Source of the DNA: Macrostomum lignano
Lineage: Eukaryota
Reading direction: 5' to 3'
Length of the DNA: 64,000 nucleotides
Assembly (NCBI GenBank): GCA_002269645.1
Contig: NIVC01000571.1
Location: forward strand, 372,001-436,000
In this document: piece after piece, positions 59,310-64,000 of the stretch
Position numbering within the stretch: position 1 is the stretch's first letter
Layout of the letters: the number at the start of each line of letters is the position of its first letter
Translations under genes and position numbers: made by a program
Notes under the pieces: generated by a model
The model's database searches: none
Seen by the model: the letters and a program-made list of their open reading frames with translations, nothing else
Told to the model about the DNA's origin: nothing

Positions 59310-59611
59310 TTGATGAGGTCATTGAGCATTGGATGTGGTCATTGAGCATTGAATAAGGTCATTGAGCATTGGATGAGGTCATTGAGCATTGGATGAAGTC
59401 ATTGAGCATTGGATGTGGTCATTGAGCATTGGATGTGGTCATTGAGCATTGGATGTGGTCATTGAGCATTGGATGAGGTCATTAAGCATTGGATGAAGTC
59501 ATTGAACATTGGATGAGGTCATTGAGCATTGGATGTGGTCATTGAGCATTGAATGTGGTCCTTGAGAATTGGATGTGGTCATTGAGCATTGGATGTGGTC
59601 ATTGAGCATTG
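59310..59611. repeat. 20-bp minisatellite interrupted by a Gypsy LTR, laminin intron
   Basis: Unit GTGGTCATTGAGCATTGGAT. Confidence 0.95.
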
Positions 59612-59821
59612 TGTAAGAGCCGAGAATTTAGAGTAAGTTTACGAAGTATATTTTGATGCACGATAATTTACGAGCGATTAAATAGTCAGCGATGATAGAT
59701 CGATTAAAGTGACTCCCCCAACTGGGGTGGTGGGCATGTACAGAGAAGAAAGCGAGATGCAAGTACATATACTAATAGAGCAGCCCCCACCCCGACGGCC
59801 CAAACCAAACGCAACCCTACA
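59612..59821 (-). mobile_element. 3' LTR of the Gypsy element (about 210 bp)
   Basis: Minus strand TGTAG...TTACA, directly preceded by the polypurine tract GGGGGAGAGTGA (59833-59822). The 5' LTR is not in the window, so LTR identity and TSD cannot be checked. Confidence 0.72.
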
Positions 59822-59929
59822 TCACTCTCCCCCAAGAAAAATACATGGGATAAAAAAACGGGATAAAACAAAAGCAAACAAAAAAAAGTTCATGCAACGC
59901 GAAAAAGTCCCGATCAGAAAGAAAGCACA

Positions 59930-62800
59930 TCAACAGGTCGCCGTGTAAAAATCCGGCCGCCGGCGCTGCCTGCCCGACCGGCGCACCGTGTTGCCGGGTT
60001 CAGCCGCGTCCAGGTTGCGCAGCGGCTCCCAGGCGTCCGGGCCGGCCAGCTGGCCCGCGGCGTCCTCGACGCTCTGACAGTCGTCCTCGGTGGCCGGCTT
60101 GGCTGGTGGCCTGCCGCTCAGATTCGGTCGGTCGATAAAGCGCTTCAAGCGGTCGTGGTGGACCAGCAAGCGGCGCCTGCCGTTCACAGCCTGCAGCCGG
60201 TAGTTCACAGGGCTGACCTTCTTAAGGACGATGAACGGGCCGGACCACCGGTTCGACAGCGACTTGCACTGGCCGCGCTTCATCGCATGGTGCGTCAGCA
60301 TCACTCGGTCATCGGTCTTGAAGTCGGTAGTCTCTGCCCCTAGGTTGTAGAACTCGTGCTGCGATTTCTGGGCCGTGTGCAGGTGCGCCCGCACAACCTG
60401 AAAGCCGCGCCTGATTCTCGCCTGCAGGTCCGCGCAGTCCTGCGGCTGGTCGCGCTGCCCACCGAGTGCCAAGTCGACCGGCAGTCTGGGCTCGATGCCG
60501 CGGAGCACTTTGAACGGCGACTCGCCCGTGGAGCTGTGCTCAGAGCTGTTGTAGGCCCACACGACATAGGGCAGCAGGGCGTCCCAGCTGGCCTGATTCT
60601 CTGAGCAGAATGCGGAGAGCATGTTGCCCAGCGTCCTATTGAACCTCTCGACGTTCCCGTTGCCGCTGGGGTGAAACGGTGAGGTCCTCGATTTTTCTGC
60701 TCCGAGCAGCGCGCAGGTCTGCTTGAAAACTTTGGCCTCAAACTGGCGACCTTGGTCCGAGTGCACGACCTCCGGAACTCCGTGCCGCAGCACCACACAG
60801 GTCACCAGAGCCTCGGCTATCGTCTTGGCGTCGATCTGGCTGAGGGCCGCCGCCTCCACCCACTTTGAAAATGTGTCGACAAAGCAGATGATGTAGCGCT
60901 TGCCAGACTCGGTGACTGGCAGTGGGCCCTTGATGTCGAGTTGCATGACAGCCCACGGCTTGGCCGGTAGCGGCTGCCGCACCAGCTCAGCGCGCGCTCG
61001 CTTTGGCGCTCCCTTGCGTCGTTGGCAGACCAGGCAGCTCCGCACCCAGTCCCGCACGTCCTCGCGCATGTCCGGCCACCAGGAACGCTCGCGCAGAGCC
61101 CGCAGCACCCGCCGCTGTCCGAGGTGACCCGCGCTCGGCCGGTCGTGCGCCTGGTGCAGCAGCTCCGCTCTCATGTGCTGGGGGATCACCGGCAACCCGT
61201 TGTGGAGCAGTGCGCCGTCCGGTGACAGCGTCAGACAGGGCAGCAGCTTCTGGACCGACGCACTCACCGCCGCCGGAACTTGAAAGTTGGGCTGGAGCAT
61301 CGCGTGCCGAACCGCGTGCAGAACCTGGTCCTGGTCCTGCTCGTCAGGCAGATTAGCGATCTGGAACTGCATCGCCGCTGCTCGGCTGAGGGTGTCTGGC
61401 ACGATATTCTCCTTGCCGGGCCGGTACAGGATTTCCAGGGGGAACTCCTGAATGAGCTGTAGCCAACGTGCCAGCCGACCGGTTGGCTCCTTCGCGTTGA
61501 GCAGCCCAGTGATCGGCTTGTGGTCGGTGAACACCTGGATCTTGCAGCTGTTGCTCAGGTACATGCGGAACTGCTTGAGGCTCCAAACAATCGCGAGCAG
61601 CTCCCGGTCCGTGGTGCTGTAGTTGCGCTCTGCCTTGCTCAGTGTCCGGGAAGCGTAGGCCACTGGCAGCTCCTGGCCGTCGCGCTCCTGGCTGAGCACC
61701 GCACCCAAGGCCACAGCACTGCTGTCACAGCTGATGACGATAGGCCGGCTGAAGTCGGGCAGCTGGAGCACCGGGGCCTGGGTCAGCGCGTCCTTCAACT
61801 TCTTCAGCACCGCAGCATGCTCTGACGTCCACACGAAGCCGCCGCCCGCGCCTTTCTGAGCCAGGTGATGCAGCGGTTTGGCAATGTCAGAGAAGTTGGG
61901 CACGAACCTGCGGTAGAAGCTGAGCATGCCGATGATGCGACGAACATCCTCCTCAGACTGCGGCTCCGGCATCCGCCTGATCGCCTCGACCTTCTCCGCG
62001 GCAGGTGCGATGCCGCTCTCAGAGACTTGGTGACCCAGGTACGTGACGCTCCGGTAGGCAAAGAAGCTCTTGCCTGGGTTCAGCTTCAGCTTGGCAGACC
62101 GCAGTCGATGCAGCACCTTGGACAGTGACTGAACGTGGTTCTCAAAGTCCCTGTTGAAGATGATCAAGTCATCAATGTACGCGATGACCTCCTCCCAGCT
62201 CAGGCCGGTCATAATGAGCTCCATCATTCGCTGGTACGTCGCAGGCGCGTTGCACATGCCGAATCCCATTTTGCGGAATTGCATCAGGCCGCTCGGAGTG
62301 TAGAACGCTGTCAACGGCCGATCCTCCTCTCTGACCTCCACCTGAAGGAAGCCTTGGCGCATGTCGATCGTAGAGAACCATGAGCAGCCAGCCAAGGAGT
62401 CGAGCGCTTGGTGCAAATGCGGCAGCGGGTGGGCGTCCTTCACTGTGAGGTTGTTCAGCGCCCGCCAGTCTACACAGACTCGGATGTCATTATTCTTCTT
62501 TCTGACGATTATCAGGTTGCTCGCCCACGGGCTGGTGGAGGGCTCGATGACGCCGTGTTGTCGCATCTGCTCCAGCTTCTCGTCCACTTGCCTCCTGAAG
62601 GCGTGAGGCACCCGCCGAGGCCGTTGGCGAATCGGGCGAGCGCCGTCGTCCAGCTCAATCTTGTGCTGCGCTGCGCTGCTCGTACCAACGTCGAACTCAT
62701 GGACTGAGACCACGTCGGCAAATGCCCTCAGCAGCATTGCTAAACGGTTGCTGTCCTCCTCCGGCAGCTCCGGATTGATGTTGAACTGGTCTGCGGGGCC
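59930..62800 (-). CDS. pol: Gypsy Pol (RT, RNase H, integrase), open and catalytically intact
   Basis: RT motif YIDD. RNase H CDSS / DRELLA / TDHK. Integrase HHCC zinc finger, LDIKGP / HSDQG / VERFN triad and C-terminal WSGPF. No chromodomain seen. Confidence 0.95.
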   Translation of the reverse strand, partial: GPADQFNINPELPEEDSNRLAMLLRAFADVVSVHEFDVGTSSAAQHKIELDDGARPIRQRPRRVPHAFRRQVDEKLEQMRQHGVIEPSTSPWASNLIIVRKKNNDIRVCVDWRALNNLTVKDAHPLPHLHQALDSLAGCSWFSTIDMRQGFLQVEVREEDRPLTAFYTPSGLMQFRKMGFGMCNAPATYQRMMELIMTGLSWEEVIAYIDDLIIFNRDFENHVQSLSKVLHRLRSAKLKLNPGKSFFAYRSVTYLGHQVSESGIAPAAEKVEAIRRMPEPQSEEDVRRIIGMLSFYRRFVPNFSDIAKPLHHLAQKGAGGGFVWTSEHAAVLKKLKDALTQAPVLQLPDFSRPIVISCDSSAVALGAVLSQERDGQELPVAYASRTLSKAERNYSTTDRELLAIVWSLKQFRMYLSNSCKIQVFTDHKPITGLLNAKEPTGRLARWLQLIQEFPLEILYRPGKENIVPDTLSRAAAMQFQIANLPDEQDQDQVLHAVRHAMLQPNFQVPAAVSASVQKLLPCLTLSPDGALLHNGLPVIPQHMRAELLHQAHDRPSAGHLGQRRVLRALRERSWWPDMREDVRDWVRSCLVCQRRKGAPKRARAELVRQPLPAKPWAVMQLDIKGPLPVTESGKRYIICFVDTFSKWVEAAALSQIDAKTIAEALVTCVVLRHGVPEVVHSDQGRQFEAKVFKQTCALLGAEKSRTSPFHPSGNGNVERFNRTLGNMLSAFCSENQASWDALLPYVVWAYNSSEHSSTGESPFKVLRGIEPRLPVDLALGGQRDQPQDCADLQARIRRGFQVVRAHLHTAQKSQHEFYNLGAETTDFKTDDRVMLTHHAMKRGQCKSLSNRWSGPFIVLKKVSPVNYRLQAVNGRRRLLVHHDRLKRFIDRPNLSGRPPAKPATEDDCQSVEDAAGQLAGPDAWEPLRNLDAAEPGNTVRRSGRQRRRPDFYTATC

Positions 62801-64000
62801 TTCTTCTTCTTTTCTTCTTCTTTTCTTCTTCCCTTTTGTCGCCGTGTGGCATGGGCAGTCTTCGGGGTCTCTCGTCAGCAGTCCTTGCAGGTGCGTAGGT
62901 GGCGTGCCATGTTCGTCGCGGCGAGCGTGCGCCCACAACCTTCGCATTGTTTAGTTTTCGCTCGGTACTTCCTCTCACCTCCCGGGGACCGTGTCTCTTC
63001 CCGCGTTGTACCGCAGGTTTTGCGGTGTCTCGCTAGGTTTGATTTCGATATTTCTCGAGCACAGGTCGCGCATTTTACGCGGTTTCCTCCCACTTCTCTC
63101 TCTCCTCCGCAGACCTTTACGTGGTTTAACCACGTTGCCTCTTGTCTGAACTGCTTCTCGCATTTTACGCACTTGAACGTTACTGGTTCTTCTATCTTGC
63201 GGTGCATCCTCTTTTGGTGAATGGTCAGGCCTGCTTTGCTTTTGCACTCCTTTCCGCAGTCTTCGTATTCACATATGAATGTTCTTGTTTTCTCCTGTTT
63301 CTGTTTGTCGTTCCTTTCGATGTTCCTTGCTTCTGCCTTCTTTCCTTGTTGTTGTTCCCATCTCTTGAGGTGGCTTATGCGTTCTTGAACAATTTTACGC
63401 CATTTCTGGCGGTCGGTTGCTAGTCTCTCTGTCATTTCCGGCTCGATCCCTGCTTGGCGTAGTAGTCGCTTCCAATATTCGATGGTGTTACCTTTTCTCT
63501 TACGTGTTTTCCTTATCTTTTCCAGACCCTTGTACCATCCGAGAACCATCTTTTTCGTTAGGCGGTTCGCCTCCATGCGAAGCACATGTCCGATGCGGAT
63601 CAGGTGGCTCTTCTCAATCTTTGTTTGTATTGTCGTTACTTCTAGTTCATTGCGAATGTCCTGCATATTTATTCCTTTTGCCTCCATTTCCCTTAGTGGT
63701 TCCATTTTCCTGCTGCTCCATATCTGCCGGTAGATTCGGTCCATGAAGCTTTGTAGTTGCTTCGTTTCTGACTTCAGGAATGGGCGTATGTTCGCGTGGA
63801 ATAGCAGGATGCTCTCTATACAGGCTTCAACGACCTTCGCTTGCGTGGTCTTTTTCAACCTGCACTTGATGAAACGTCTACGGATCGTCGACCAGCATCT
63901 CGCCGCTTTTTGCAATCTCTGGCTCGTGTCGTACTTCGTGTCCGTCCATGATCCTAGCATGCGTACTTTTCCTCCCTCTCTGGTTCCGAATATCATTACC
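62801..64000 (-). mobile_element. RTE-like non-LTR retrotransposon 3' end nested in Gypsy pol
   Basis: Short 3' UTR and (GAA)n tail at 62801-62835 joined to the Gypsy sequence. Post-RT motifs IGHVLRM..RLTKKMVLGW..DRQKWRKIV. Confidence 0.88.
62875..63996 (-). CDS. LINE ORF C-terminal part (RT thumb region plus four zinc fingers)
   Basis: Frame open to the window edge. One C2H2 and three C2HC fingers precede the stop at 62877-62875. Confidence 0.88.
   Translation of the reverse strand: MIFGTREGGKVRMLGSWTDTKYDTSQRLQKAARCWSTIRRRFIKCRLKKTTQAKVVEACIESILLFHANIRPFLKSETKQLQSFMDRIYRQIWSSRKMEPLREMEAKGINMQDIRNELEVTTIQTKIEKSHLIRIGHVLRMEANRLTKKMVLGWYKGLEKIRKTRKRKGNTIEYWKRLLRQAGIEPEMTERLATDRQKWRKIVQERISHLKRWEQQQGKKAEARNIERNDKQKQEKTRTFICEYEDCGKECKSKAGLTIHQKRMHRKIEEPVTFKCVKCEKQFRQEATWLNHVKVCGGEREVGGNRVKCATCAREISKSNLARHRKTCGTTREETRSPGGERKYRAKTKQCEGCGRTLAATNMARHLRTCKDC

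Larger units (their letters stand above)
59612..62800 (-). mobile_element. Ty3/Gypsy LTR retrotransposon, 3' portion, in a laminin intron
   Basis: Domain order RT-RNaseH-integrase, followed by PPT and LTR. Cut at 62800 by a LINE insertion. Confidence 0.95.

Noticed and set aside
1384-59611. CRISPR-like arrays
   Set aside because: All arrays are head-to-tail tandem repeats with no unique spacers, there are no cas genes, and the context is eukaryotic.

Overview
Eukaryotic (animal) genomic DNA with GC-rich exons, GT-AG introns and very dense tandem repeats. The gene set and architecture suggest a flatworm such as Macrostomum; this is an inference and was not checked. Genes from left to right: last exon of a STE11/MAP3K-like kinase (+), an intronless ankyrin-repeat gene (+), IFT88 (-), an aftiphilin-like gene (+, 7 exons), an intronless calmodulin-like EF-hand gene (-), a 58-aa two-exon membrane microprotein missed by the ORF track (-), and the 3' 35 exons of a laminin alpha3/5-type chain (-, 36136-59301). 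The next laminin intron holds a Ty3/Gypsy element interrupted by an RTE-like LINE. Also present: hAT-like MITEs with 8-bp TSDs, a 3-bp-TSD DNA element, two tRNA-derived SINE families (one CORE/MIR-like) and about 40 different mini/microsatellites. Most long ORFs in the track are repeat artefacts or antisense shadows. Main leads: (i) 22 of 34 laminin introns each carry their own private minisatellite, and several arrays are amplified from the splice junction or match a nearby exon; (ii) an in-frame ladder of about 22 splice donors in the laminin coiled coil; (iii) a 24-nt GT-AG micro-intron or intron remnant in IFT88; (iv) the unannotated microprotein. All exon models were built by eye from splice consensus, phase and remembered homologue sequences, with no RNA data. 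Repeat boundaries are approximate.
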